A stretch of DNA of 39,993 nucleotides from an uncultured Acetobacteraceae bacterium (GCA_937874445.1 CALNAL010000143.1:1-39993); one strand, 5' to 3'; shown: positions 27,785 through 37,193, counted from the stretch's first letter. Notes: generated from the sequence alone by a model not told the origin. Numbers and translations: made by a program.

Positions 27785-28798
27785 TCAGGCGGCGGGGCCG
27801 AAGCGCCACAGCGTGGTCTGGCGATAGGTCTCGCCGGGGCGCAGCGCCACCGAGGGGAAGGCGGGGATGTTCGGGCTGTTGGGGTAGTGCTGGCTCTCCA
27901 GGCAGCAGGCCCCGAAGCGGGGGAACGGGTCGTCGTTGAGGCCGTTGGCGGTATAGACCTGCACGGCCGGCTCGGTGGTGCGCACCTCCAGCGCCAGCCC
28001 GCCGCCCACCAGCCGTGCGGCCAAAGCGGGCTCGGGGCGCGGGGCGGCGTCCTGCAGCAGGCAGACGTCGTAGCCGCGTGCCAGCTTGAGCATCGCGTCG
28101 GGGGCGTCGATGCGCGCGCCGATGCGGGTGGGCTTGCGGAAATCCATCGGGGTGCCCGCCACGCTGCGGATTTCGCCGGTGGGGATCAGCATTTCGCCCA
28201 CCACCAGGAAGCGCCCGGCCGGCATCTCCAGCGTGTGGTCGAGCACGGTGCCGCTGCCGGCGAGGTTGAAGTAGGCGTGGTTGGTGAGGTTCACCACCGT
28301 CGGCCGGGAGGTGGTCGCGCTGTAGGTGAGGCTCAGGGTGTCGCCGGAAATGGCGTAGCGGATGGTGGCGTGCAGCGCGCCGGGGAAGCCCTGGTCGCCG
28401 TCGGCGGAGTCGAGGGTGAGCAGCACGCCCTCGCCATCGGGGGCCATGCTCCAGCCGCGCCGGCCGAATCCGGCGGAACCGCCATGCAGCGTGTGGGGGC
28501 CGTAGTTGGCATCCAGGCGGTATTCCTGCCCGTCGAGGCTGAAGCGGCCGCCGTCGATGCGGTTGCACACGCGTCCTGCGGTGGCGCCCATGTGGCGCTT
28601 GTCGGCGGTCCACTCCTCAAGGGTCTTGTAGCCCAGCAGCACGTTGCGCCGGCCCCCGGCCACGGGCACGTCGATGCGGGTGATCCGCGCCCCCCAATTC
28701 AGGATGCTCGCCTGCAGCCCGTCGCCCGAGCCGATGGTGCAGCTCTGGGCGGGTGTGCCGTCGGGCAGCTGGCCGAGGGTCTGGATGCTGGGTGCCAT
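27785..28798 (-). CDS. galM: Aldose 1-epimerase (galactose mutarotase)
   Basis: GATAGRVCNRI, HTLHGG, GDQGFPG, VNLTNHAYFNL, QVYT, CLESQHYP. Confidence 0.92.
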   Translation of the reverse strand: MAPSIQTLGQLPDGTPAQSCTIGSGDGLQASILNWGARITRIDVPVAGGRRNVLLGYKTLEEWTADKRHMGATAGRVCNRIDGGRFSLDGQEYRLDANYGPHTLHGGSAGFGRRGWSMAPDGEGVLLTLDSADGDQGFPGALHATIRYAISGDTLSLTYSATTSRPTVVNLTNHAYFNLAGSGTVLDHTLEMPAGRFLVVGEMLIPTGEIRSVAGTPMDFRKPTRIGARIDAPDAMLKLARGYDVCLLQDAAPRPEPALAARLVGGGLALEVRTTEPAVQVYTANGLNDDPFPRFGACCLESQHYPNSPNIPAFPSVALRPGETYRQTTLWRFGPAA

Positions 28799-28909
28799 GT
28801 TGGTGTTTCTCCTCCGTCATGGGGCGTCGCCGTGTGGTGTCGCCGTGTCGTGTGCAGGCCGACCATGCGGCAGGGGGGCGGAAAACGCCATGCCACATCT
28901 GCGCAGGCC

Positions 28910-28954
28910 GCGCGTGGAATCGTGCGCGTGGAATCGGGCGCGTGAAATCGTGCG
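28910..28954. repeat. 14-bp tandem repeat x3 (GCGCGTGRAATCGK) in the galM/glpD divergent gap
   Basis: Units at 28910, 28924 and 28938. Confidence 0.85.
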
Positions 28955-29083
28955 GGGGGAGGCGTGCCTGGGGGCGGGGGCCGCCCTGCGCCATCTCGTT
29001 GCGCCACCGGCGCGCGGTGTCTGGCAAAACGGGGCGCGCGCGCTCATATGAGGCCCCGGCGAATGAATAAAGGGGGATGCCGG

Positions 29084-30595
29084 ATGAGCGGCACCGTGTT
29101 CGATCTTGCCGTCATCGGCGGGGGCATCAATGGCGTGGGCATCGCCCGCGACGCGGCGGGACGCGGCTGGTCGGTGTTCCTCTGCGACAAGGGCGACCTC
29201 GCCGGGGGGACCTCCTCGGCCTCGACCAAGCTGATCCACGGCGGCCTGCGCTACCTCGAATATTACGAGTTCCGCCTGGTGCGCGAGGCGCTCGCCGAAC
29301 GCGAGGTGCTGTGGGGCATCGCCCCGCACATCATCCACCCCCGGCGCTTCGTGCTGCCCTACCGTCCCGGCCTGCGCCCCGCCTGGATGCTGCGGGCTGG
29401 GCTGTTCCTCTACGACCATCTCGGCGGCCGCAAGCGTCTGCCTCCCACCCGCGTGCTCGACCTCGCCTCCGACCCCGCCGGCGCGCCGCTTGCCCCGCCG
29501 CTGGGCCGCGCCTTCGAGTATTCCGACGGCTGGGTGGACGATGCCCGTCTGGTGGTGCTCAACGCGCGTGACGCGGTGGCGCACGGGGCGGTGGTGGCCC
29601 CGCGCACGCGCTGCCTTTCCGCAACCCGCGAGGGGGGGCTTTGGCGCCTGCGGCTGCACGACGAATCCACCGGCACCGAATGCGCGATCACCGCGCGGGC
29701 GCTGGTCAATGCCGCCGGCCCCTGGGCCGACGCGGTGGCGCGCGAGGTGGTGGGCGAGCCCGACCCGCCCGAGCTGCGTCTGGTCCAGGGCAGCCACATC
29801 GTGGTGCCCCGCCTCTACGCGCACGACCGCTGCTACATCTTCCAGGGCGCCGACCGGCGGATCTTCTTCGCGATCCCCTACGAGGGCGACTTCACGCTGA
29901 TCGGCACCACCGACCTCGACTACAAGGGCAGCCTCGAGTCCGTGCACGCCTCGGAGGCGGAGGTGCGCTACCTCTGCGAGGGGGCGAGCCAGTATTTCCG
30001 CACGCCCATCCGCCCGGAGCAGGTGGTGTGGTCCTATTCCGGCGTGCGTCCGCTGCATGCCGCTCCCGGCGGGGCGGCCCAGGATGCCATGCGCGACTAC
30101 GTGCTGCACCTGGAGGCTCCCGCCGCGGCGGCCCCCGTCCTGCACGTCTACGGCGGCAAGATCACCACCTATCGCCGGCTGGCCGAGGCGGCGCTGCACA
30201 AGCTCGCGCCGCACCTGCCCTCCGCCCGGGGCGAGCCGGCGGGCTGGACCGGCACCACCGCGCTGCCGGGCGGCAACTTCCCCATCGAGGCCTATGCCGA
30301 GGTGCGCGCCGCCCTCGGGGCCCGCCATCCCTTCCTGACCGCCCCCGTGCTCGAGCGCATGATGCGCTCCTACGGCACCCTCACCGACGAGGTGCTGGAG
30401 GGCGTGCGCGGCCCCGCCGATCTCGGGCGCGACTTCGGCGCCGGGCTGAGCGAGGCCGAGCTGCGCTATCTCGTCGGCCACGAGTGGGCGCGCACCGCCG
30501 AGGACGTGCTGTGGCGGCGCAGCAAGCTCGGCCTGCACATGAGCGCCGCCCAGGCCGCCGCCGTCGCCGACGCCCTGGGCGAACTCACCCGCTGA
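29084..30595 (+). CDS. glpD: FAD-dependent glycerol-3-phosphate dehydrogenase
   Basis: IGGGING.GIARDAAGRG, GTSSASTKLIHGGLRYLE, VDDARLV, IGTTD, SGVRPL, GGKITTYR. The EryB paralog cannot be fully excluded. Confidence 0.9.
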   Translation: MSGTVFDLAVIGGGINGVGIARDAAGRGWSVFLCDKGDLAGGTSSASTKLIHGGLRYLEYYEFRLVREALAEREVLWGIAPHIIHPRRFVLPYRPGLRPAWMLRAGLFLYDHLGGRKRLPPTRVLDLASDPAGAPLAPPLGRAFEYSDGWVDDARLVVLNARDAVAHGAVVAPRTRCLSATREGGLWRLRLHDESTGTECAITARALVNAAGPWADAVAREVVGEPDPPELRLVQGSHIVVPRLYAHDRCYIFQGADRRIFFAIPYEGDFTLIGTTDLDYKGSLESVHASEAEVRYLCEGASQYFRTPIRPEQVVWSYSGVRPLHAAPGGAAQDAMRDYVLHLEAPAAAAPVLHVYGGKITTYRRLAEAALHKLAPHLPSARGEPAGWTGTTALPGGNFPIEAYAEVRAALGARHPFLTAPVLERMMRSYGTLTDEVLEGVRGPADLGRDFGAGLSEAELRYLVGHEWARTAEDVLWRRSKLGLHMSAAQAAAVADALGELTR

Positions 30596-30623
30596 AAATC
30601 CCCCCGCGGGAGAGGCGAGAGGA

Positions 30624-32792
30624 TCAGGCGGGGACCGCCTCCCGCGCCGGGGCCGTGGCGGCCTCCGCCAGGGCGCGCTTGAGCCCGGCATAGCGCGTGC
30701 TCACCTCGACCTCCGCGGCGACCTGGTCGGCGATCGGCTCCAGGCGCACGGCGCAGAACTTGTATTCCGGCGTCTTGGAGGTGGGATCGACCTTGTGCAG
30801 GGTCAGCTCGTTGCAGGCGCCGATCCACCACTGGTAGGTCATGTAGACCATGCCCGCGTTGGTGCGCGGCGTGACCCGTGCGCGCGTGATGACCTTGCCG
30901 CGCCGCGAGGCCACCCGCACGAGCTGCTCGTCCTCGATCCCGAGCCGGCGGGCGTCCTCGGGATTGATCGAGACATAGCCCGGCTCGTCGGCGAGGGTTG
31001 CCAGGGCGGCGCAGTTGCCGGTCATCGAGCGGCAGGAGTAGTGGCCCACCTCGCGCACGGTGCACAGCCCGAAGGGGTATTCGCTATCCACCGGCTCCTT
31101 GGGGGGCTGCCACGCGCAGGCGAACAGCAGGCCCTTGCCGCTCGGGGTCTGGAACTTGTTGCCCTTGTAGAGCCACCTGGCGCCGGGGTCGGCCTCGTCG
31201 AGGCAGGGCCAGGGCACGCAGCCGAGGCCGGCCATCTTCTCGTAGGTGGCGCCCTTGTAGAGCGGGCAGAGCGCGATCAGCTCGTTCCAGATCTCCTCGG
31301 CGCTGTCGTAGTGCATCGGGTAGCCCATCGCGGTGGCGATCAGGCTGTGGATCTCCCAGTCGTGCTTGACATCGCCCTTGGCGTCCAGCGCCTTGTAGCA
31401 GCGCTGGAAGCTGCGGTCGGCGGCGGTGTAGACGCAATCGTGCTCGCCCCAGGAGGTCGCCGGCAGGACGACATCCGCATGCATCGCCGTCTTGGTCATG
31501 AAGATGTCCTGGACGACGATGAATTCGAGCGCCGCGAAGCCCTTGCGCACGGCGTCGAGGTCGGGCTCGGTCTGGGCGGGGTCCTCGCCGAAGACGTACA
31601 TCGCCTTGAGCTTGCCCTCCATGGCGGCGTGCGGCACGTCGGTGAGGCCGAGGCCGACCTTGTCGGGCAGGCTCGGGACATGCCAGGCCTTGGCGAACTT
31701 CTCGCGGATGGCCGGGTCGGTCACCGGCTGGTAGCCGGGGAAGACGTTGGGCAGGGCGCCCATGTCGCAGCCGCCCTGCACGTTGTTCTGCCCGCGCACC
31801 GGGCCGACGCCGACGTTGGGGCGGCCGAGGTTGCCCGTCAGCAGGGCCAGGCCGGAGAGCCCCTTGACCACGTTCACGCCCTGGCTCCACTGCGTGACCC
31901 CCATGCCCCAGAGGATGGTGGCGCTCTTGGCCGCGGCGTAGATGCGCATGGCCCGGCGGATCATCTCGGGGTCCAGGCCGGTGATGTCGGCGACGTATTC
32001 CGGCGTGTATTTCTCGATGGTCTTCCAGTATTCGTCGAAGCCCTCGGTGTAGTTGGCGACGTATTCCTTGTCGTAGAGTTCCTCGGAGATCAGCACGTTG
32101 GCGAAGGCGTTGACCAGCGCCATGTTGGAGCCGTTCTTGAGCGGCAGCCACAGGTCGGAGACGCGGGTCATCTCGATGCGGCGCGGGTCGCAGGTGATGA
32201 TCCGGGCGCCCTTCTCCTTGGCCTTGAGGATGCGCCGGGCGACGATCGGGTGGCTGTCGGCGGGGTTGTAGCCGAAGCAGAGAACGCAGTCGGTGTCCTC
32301 GATCTCGCAGATCGAGTTGCTCATGGCGCCGTTGCCGAGGGTGGTGGCCAGTCCGGCGACCGAGGGGGCGTGGCAGACGCGGGCGCAGTTGTCGATGTTG
32401 TTGGTGCCGATCACCGCGCGGGCGAACTTCTGGGAGACGTAGATCGATTCATTGCCCGTCCCGCGCGAGGAGCCCGTCAGCATGATCGAATCCGGGCCAT
32501 GCCGGCCCTTGATCTCGGCGAGGCGGGAGGCGGTGTAGGCGATGGCCTCGTCCCAGGAGACGGCATGGAAGGGCTCGCTGCGGGAGTGGCGCAGCATGGG
32601 GTGGCGCAGGCGCGGGGTCAGGATTTTCGTGTCGTTGATGAAGTCCCAGCCGAAGTAGCCCTTGAGGCACAGCTCGCCCTGGTTGAGGACACCGTTCAGC
32701 GGCTCGGCCCCGACGACCTTGCCGTGGTCGACGAGCAGATTCAGTTTGCAGCCGGAACCGCAATACGGGCAGACCTCGATGAACTTCTCCAT
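30624..32792 (-). CDS. fdhF: Formate dehydrogenase H-type alpha subunit (Mo-bis-PGD, 4Fe-4S), cysteine form
   Basis: CPYCGSGC...CLKG, TGSSRG, CARVCHAPSV (Cys at the E. coli Sec position), RGQNNVQG, YMTYQWWIGACNELT, KTPEYK. Confidence 0.92.
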   Translation of the reverse strand: MEKFIEVCPYCGSGCKLNLLVDHGKVVGAEPLNGVLNQGELCLKGYFGWDFINDTKILTPRLRHPMLRHSRSEPFHAVSWDEAIAYTASRLAEIKGRHGPDSIMLTGSSRGTGNESIYVSQKFARAVIGTNNIDNCARVCHAPSVAGLATTLGNGAMSNSICEIEDTDCVLCFGYNPADSHPIVARRILKAKEKGARIITCDPRRIEMTRVSDLWLPLKNGSNMALVNAFANVLISEELYDKEYVANYTEGFDEYWKTIEKYTPEYVADITGLDPEMIRRAMRIYAAAKSATILWGMGVTQWSQGVNVVKGLSGLALLTGNLGRPNVGVGPVRGQNNVQGGCDMGALPNVFPGYQPVTDPAIREKFAKAWHVPSLPDKVGLGLTDVPHAAMEGKLKAMYVFGEDPAQTEPDLDAVRKGFAALEFIVVQDIFMTKTAMHADVVLPATSWGEHDCVYTAADRSFQRCYKALDAKGDVKHDWEIHSLIATAMGYPMHYDSAEEIWNELIALCPLYKGATYEKMAGLGCVPWPCLDEADPGARWLYKGNKFQTPSGKGLLFACAWQPPKEPVDSEYPFGLCTVREVGHYSCRSMTGNCAALATLADEPGYVSINPEDARRLGIEDEQLVRVASRRGKVITRARVTPRTNAGMVYMTYQWWIGACNELTLHKVDPTSKTPEYKFCAVRLEPIADQVAAEVEVSTRYAGLKRALAEAATAPAREAVPA

Positions 32793-33227
32793 GTGACGCT
32801 CTCCTTGATTTCCGGGGCGGCCCGGGCGTGGGCTTCAGTGCTGGTGCGAGGCGGACGGTGCGGGGCAATCGGGGCCTGTCCCGGACGTGGGTAGCCGGAC
32901 AATAAAAAATCCAAATCGCGCGATACGGGAAAATATAAGAAACTCTCCGCGTGAAATCATGCGGGGTGTGCATGAACTGCCGGAACCATACGGTGTGTGA
33001 AAAATCTCTTCAAGCGAAGAACTTTAAATACATGATGCATTCGGATTCCGGGTATGGGTAATTTCAACGGCGATAAATCGCTCGATAAACAATGATTATT
33101 GATAGTTTCGGATAAAATCTTCGCCACGCCCCCGCCTGTCGTGCCCCGGTCGCGCGGCCTTCCGGCGCTTGCCTCGGAGGAGGGGGCAGCGCATCAAGCG
33201 GGGACAACCCGTCGGGAGATTTCGAGG

Positions 33228-33902
33228 ATGCCGGGCATCAGCGTGGAAGAGGCGATCCGGTCGCGTCGGTCGGTGCGGGGGTTCCTGCCCGACCCGGTGA
33301 CGCAGGCGCAGGTGGAACGCCTGCTGGACCTGGCGGCGCGCGCGCCCTCGGGCACCAACATGCAGCCCTGGCGGGTGGTGGCGCTGGCCGGCGCGGAGCT
33401 GGCCCGCTTCACCGGAGGCGTGGTGGCGGCCCAGCGCGCGGGCGAGGCGGGGCCGGAGCGGACCTACTACCCCCGGCCGGTGCCCGAGCCCTATCTTTCG
33501 CGCCGCCGCCAGGTGGGGTGGGACCTCTACGGCCTGCTCGGCATCGCCCGCGGCGAGCGCGAGAAGGCGCAGGCGCATCTGGAGAACAACCTCCGCTTCT
33601 TCGGCGCGCCGGTGGGGCTGATCTGCCTCATCGACCGGACGCTGGAGCTGGGATCATGGCTCGACTACGGCATGTTCCTGGAGAACCTCTGCCTGGCCGC
33701 GCGCGAGGAAGGGCTGGATACCTGCCCGATGGCGGCGTTCGCCGACTATCCCGCGGCGATCCGCCGCCTGCTGGACCTGCCGGAGAGCGAGCTGATCGTC
33801 TGCGGCGTGGCGCTGGGCCGCGCGGACCCCGCCGCCCCGGCCAACGCGCTGCGGACCACGCGGGTGCCGGCCCGCGCGTTCGCCGGCTTCCGGGGGTTCT
33901 AG
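33228..33902 (+). CDS. Nitroreductase family protein
   Basis: IRSRRSVRGF, RAPSGTNMQPW, FFGAPV, DYGMFLENL.LAA...GLDTCP. ATG 33228. Confidence 0.9.
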   Translation: MPGISVEEAIRSRRSVRGFLPDPVTQAQVERLLDLAARAPSGTNMQPWRVVALAGAELARFTGGVVAAQRAGEAGPERTYYPRPVPEPYLSRRRQVGWDLYGLLGIARGEREKAQAHLENNLRFFGAPVGLICLIDRTLELGSWLDYGMFLENLCLAAREEGLDTCPMAAFADYPAAIRRLLDLPESELIVCGVALGRADPAAPANALRTTRVPARAFAGFRGF

Positions 33903-33977
33903 CCTTCGTCGATTTTCTGCTCCACCCTCCCTCCGGGCCGTGCGACCGCCCGAAGGAATGACGCAAAGGACCACGCC

Positions 33978-34643
33978 ATGCCCGAAGAACCGTTCCATAC
34001 CTACCGGCCGGCGGAAGGGCACGGCCTGCCCCATGATCCGTTCTACGCCATCGTCGGGCCGCGCCCGATCGGCTGGATCTCCACCACCGGCGCCGACGGG
34101 GTGGACAATCTTGCGCCCTACAGCTTCTTCAACGCCTTCAGCCAGAAGCCGCCGATCATCGGCTTTTCCTCGTCGGGCTGGAAGGACACGGTGCGCAACA
34201 TCCAGGAGACCGGCGCCTTCGTCTGGAACCTGGTGACGCGCCCGCTCGCCGAGCGCATGAACCTCTCCGCGGCCACCTTCGCGCCCGGCACCGACGAGTT
34301 CGCCGCCGCGCGCCTGGCCAAGCTGCCCTCGCTCGCGGTCCGCCCGCCCCGCGTCGCGGCGAGCCCGGTGCAGTTCGAGTGCCGGCTGACGCAGATCGTC
34401 CGGCTCAAGAACGCCTCGGGGGCGGAGGTGGAGAGCTGGCTGACCCTCGGGGAGGTGGTCGTCGTGCATATCCGGCGCGATCTGCTCGCGGGCGGCATCT
34501 ACGACATGGCCGCGGCCCATCCCGTGCTGCGCGCCGGCGGACGCCAGTGGTACACCGAGATCACGCAGGAGAGCCTGTTCGCGCTGGAGCGTCCGGCCTC
34601 GCCCGAGGCGGCGCTGGCGGCGGCGGAACGGCTCGACTTCTAG
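33978..34643 (+). CDS. Flavin reductase family protein (DIM6/NTAB-like, FMN-binding split barrel)
   Basis: PRPIGWIST, NLAPYSFFN, KDTVRNIQETGAFVWN, SPVQFEC, GEVV. Confidence 0.9.
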   Translation: MPEEPFHTYRPAEGHGLPHDPFYAIVGPRPIGWISTTGADGVDNLAPYSFFNAFSQKPPIIGFSSSGWKDTVRNIQETGAFVWNLVTRPLAERMNLSAATFAPGTDEFAAARLAKLPSLAVRPPRVAASPVQFECRLTQIVRLKNASGAEVESWLTLGEVVVVHIRRDLLAGGIYDMAAAHPVLRAGGRQWYTEITQESLFALERPASPEAALAAAERLDF

Positions 34644-34797
34644 AAAGGGAAGGCAAGGTCTTCTTTTCCTGAAGGAAAAGAAGCAAAAGGACTTTGTCCG
34701 TTTGGCTCCGCGCGTGTCACAGGCGCGGAGCCCTTAATGGATAAAGCTTTCTTGGTTCTTCTTGCTCGCAAGAAGAACACCTTCCTTGCCTTGCTGT
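34644..34797 (+). repeat. Composite palindromic intergenic repeat, copy 2 (most complete; REPIN/MITE-like)
   Basis: Left hairpin CTTCTTTTCC-tgaa-GGAAAAGAAG, central GGCTCCGCGC/GCGCGGAGCC stem, right hairpin GTTCTTCTTGC-tc-GCAAGAAGAAC, complementary termini AAGGCAAGG/CCTTGCCTT. Confidence 0.85.
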
Positions 34798-34822
34798 CGC
34801 GCCTCCCCCGCTCCGGGGAGGT

Positions 34823-36325
34823 CTATCTGCGGCCCGGCACGCGGTGGCGGTAGGCCAGGGCCTCGGCCACGTCGGCGCGGCGGATGGCGTTCTCCCCGGC
34901 CAGGTCGGCGATGCTGCGCGCTACCCGCAGCGTGCGCACCAGGCCGCGCGGGGAGAGATGCAGCTTCTCTGCCGCCTGCTCGACCAGGGTGCGGGCCTCG
35001 GGGGCGGCCACGAACTTCAGCGCGTCGGCCTCGGCGTTGGTGGCGGCTCCCACCGTTTCCGCCCGTTCCGCCTGGAGTTGCCGCGCCGCCGCCACCCGCG
35101 CCGCCACCGCCGCCGAGGGCTCGCCGGCCGGGGCGCGGGCGATCTCGGCGGGTGAGGCCGGGGTCACCGCGATGGTCAGGTCGATGCGGTCGAGCAGCGG
35201 CCCGGAAAGCCGCGCCAGGTAGTCCTCGGCGCAGCGCGGGGCGCGCGAGCACTCGCGCGTGGTGTCACCCAGATGCCCGCAGCGGCAGGGGTTCATTGCC
35301 GCCACCAGCTGGAAGCGCGAGGGGTAGGTGACGTGCGCGGCGGCGCGGGCGACGGTGGTGTGCCCCGTCTCCAGCGGCTGGCGCAGGGCATCGAGCGAGG
35401 CGCGGGCGAACTCGGGCAGCTCGTCGAGGAACAGCACGCCGCGATGGGCGAGCGAGACCTCCCCGGGGCGCGCGCGCTGCCCGCCGCCGGTCAGCGCCGC
35501 CTGGCTCGCGGTGTGGTGCGGCTCGCGGAAGGGCGGACGGCGCAGCAGGTGGCCGCCGGCGAGCATTCCGGCCACCGAGTGGATCATCGAGACCTCGAGC
35601 GCCTCGGCGGGGGCGAGGTCGGGCAGCAGCCCGGGCAGGCGGGCGGCGAGCATGGATTTGCCGGCGCCGGGCGGGCCGATCATCAGCAGGTTGTGGCTCC
35701 CGGCGGCGGCGATCTCCAGCACGCGGCGGGCGGATTCCATGCCGCGCACGTCGGCGAGGTCGGGCGCGGGCGGCGCCTCGGCCAGTCCGGCGGTCTCCGG
35801 GGGGGCGAGCACTTGCGTGCCGCGGAAGTGGTTGATCAGCGTCAGCAGAGAGGACGGGGCGAGCACGCGCAGATCTCCCGCCCAGGCCGCCTCGCCGCCC
35901 GAGCCGGCGGGACAGATCAGCCCCAGGCCGCGCCCCGCCGCGCCGATGGCCGCCGGCAGCACCCCCGCCACCGGCGCCAGGGACCCATCCAGGCCGAGTT
36001 CGCCGAGAGCGGCGTATTCGGCCACTTCCTCGGCAGGCAGCACCTCCATGGCGGCCAGCACGGCCAGCGCGATGGGCAGGTCGAAATGCGAGCCCTCCTT
36101 GAGCAGGTCGGCGGGGGCGAGGTTGATGAGCACGCGCTTGGGCGGGAGGGAAAGCCCCATGGCGGTGAGCGCCGCCCGCACCCGCTCGCGCGATTCCGCC
36201 ACCGCCTTGTCGGGCAGCCCCACTACCAGGAAGGCCGGCAGCCCGCCGGAGATCTGCACCTGCACCTCCACCGGCACGGTCTCGATACCGGAAAAGGCGA
36301 AGGATTGGACGCGGGCAATGCTCAT
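34823..36325 (-). CDS. comM: YifB family Mg-chelatase-like AAA+ ATPase (competence helicase ComM)
   Basis: VGLPDKAVAESRERV, INLAPADLLKEGSHFDL, GPPGAGKS, PFREPHH, GVLFLDE, AMNPCRCG, SGPLLDRID. Confidence 0.93.
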   Translation of the reverse strand: MSIARVQSFAFSGIETVPVEVQVQISGGLPAFLVVGLPDKAVAESRERVRAALTAMGLSLPPKRVLINLAPADLLKEGSHFDLPIALAVLAAMEVLPAEEVAEYAALGELGLDGSLAPVAGVLPAAIGAAGRGLGLICPAGSGGEAAWAGDLRVLAPSSLLTLINHFRGTQVLAPPETAGLAEAPPAPDLADVRGMESARRVLEIAAAGSHNLLMIGPPGAGKSMLAARLPGLLPDLAPAEALEVSMIHSVAGMLAGGHLLRRPPFREPHHTASQAALTGGGQRARPGEVSLAHRGVLFLDELPEFARASLDALRQPLETGHTTVARAAAHVTYPSRFQLVAAMNPCRCGHLGDTTRECSRAPRCAEDYLARLSGPLLDRIDLTIAVTPASPAEIARAPAGEPSAAVAARVAAARQLQAERAETVGAATNAEADALKFVAAPEARTLVEQAAEKLHLSPRGLVRTLRVARSIADLAGENAIRRADVAEALAYRHRVPGRR

Positions 36326-36393
36326 GGCGACTTCCAGGACAGGGGGGCAGCGTGGCGCCGTCGTTACGCGGGCGTCAACCGACTTTCCGCCGG

Positions 36394-36539
36394 GGAGGAA
36401 GGGAAGCCCTTCTCTTTCCTGAAGGAAAAGGCAGCAACAAGGACTTTTCCCTTTGGCTTCGCGGCTGACCCCAGGTGCGGAGCCTTAACGGGTCGCGGAG
36501 CCTTAACGGATGGAGAACACCTTGCCCTGCCGGCCTTGC
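36394..36539 (+). repeat. Composite palindromic intergenic repeat, copy 3 (right hairpin deleted, internal 15-bp duplication)
   Basis: TTTCCTGAAGGAAAAG..GCAA..GGACTTT..TTTGGCT is shared with copy 2. GCGGAGCCTTAACGG occurs at 36477 and 36495, followed by an AGAACACCTT remnant of the right arm. Confidence 0.8.
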
Positions 36540-36544
36540 GGGAG

Positions 36545-37000
36545 TCAGGGACGCGGCGGCACCCCGGGTTTGAGGTCGATCAGCGGCGTGCCGTCGAGGC
36601 AGTCCAGCCCGCGCACCGCCAGCACCTGTCCCGCGATGCCCTCCAGCAGCACCCGCGACAGGCCGATCGGGTTGGGGCGCACCGGCGAGCGCAGGGCGAA
36701 GGTGCCCCGCGGCACGTCGCGATGGCGTGCTTGCAGGACCAGGTCGCGCCGCGCGAGGTGCAACCAGTAGAGCACATCGATCTCCTGGCCGGGGGCGAGG
36801 CCTTCCAGCGCCGGCCCCCACGGGTCGAACACCTCGATGTGGCACACCGGCCCCTCGCGGCTGCCCTGGCGCGGCGCCTCGCGCCGCTCGTGCCAGGGCG
36901 TGTGGATACGGCCGATGAACACCAGCCCCGCATCGGTGGGCGGGGGCGCGACGACGGTGACTTCACCGGGGCATAAATCCTGACAGGGACGGTCCGACAT
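36545..37000 (-). CDS. tsaA: tRNA (t6A37-N6)-methyltransferase TrmO/TsaA (YaeB family, short form)
   Basis: IGRIHTPW..PRQG, VLYWLH, GTFALRSPVRPNPIGLS, GLDCLDGTPLIDLKP. ATG 37000 with GGAG RBS. Confidence 0.88.
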   Translation of the reverse strand: MSDRPCQDLCPGEVTVVAPPPTDAGLVFIGRIHTPWHERREAPRQGSREGPVCHIEVFDPWGPALEGLAPGQEIDVLYWLHLARRDLVLQARHRDVPRGTFALRSPVRPNPIGLSRVLLEGIAGQVLAVRGLDCLDGTPLIDLKPGVPPRP

Positions 37001-37193
37001 GTCTGTCTCCTCCGATCTTCCTTCCCGACAGGGTGGCGCGCTTCGGGCCGGCGGGAAAGGGCGATAGAATGGGGGGGAAGGACAAGGCCCGCATGATCCG
37101 GGACGGGGGCGGTCGGCCAGCCTCGGGAGCGGCCCTGCCTTCCGGCCTGGGCAGTAGCGTCGCGCGCGACCTTCAAGTACCCTGGGTTGTGAT

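Noticed and set aside
32340-32375. Possible fossil SECIS hairpin after the FdhF active-site codon
   Set aside because: The codon is TGC, not TGA, and the weak stem is explained by conservation of the protein sequence.
36477-36509. Two TTAA motifs as a CtrA box or mini-CRISPR
   Set aside because: The spacing is not TTAA-N7-TTAA, there are only two 15-bp units with a 3-bp gap, and no cas genes. It is a duplication inside repeat copy 3.
37001-37190. Possible SAM riboswitch upstream of trmO
   Set aside because: No SAM-II or SAM-SAH consensus elements are recognisable.
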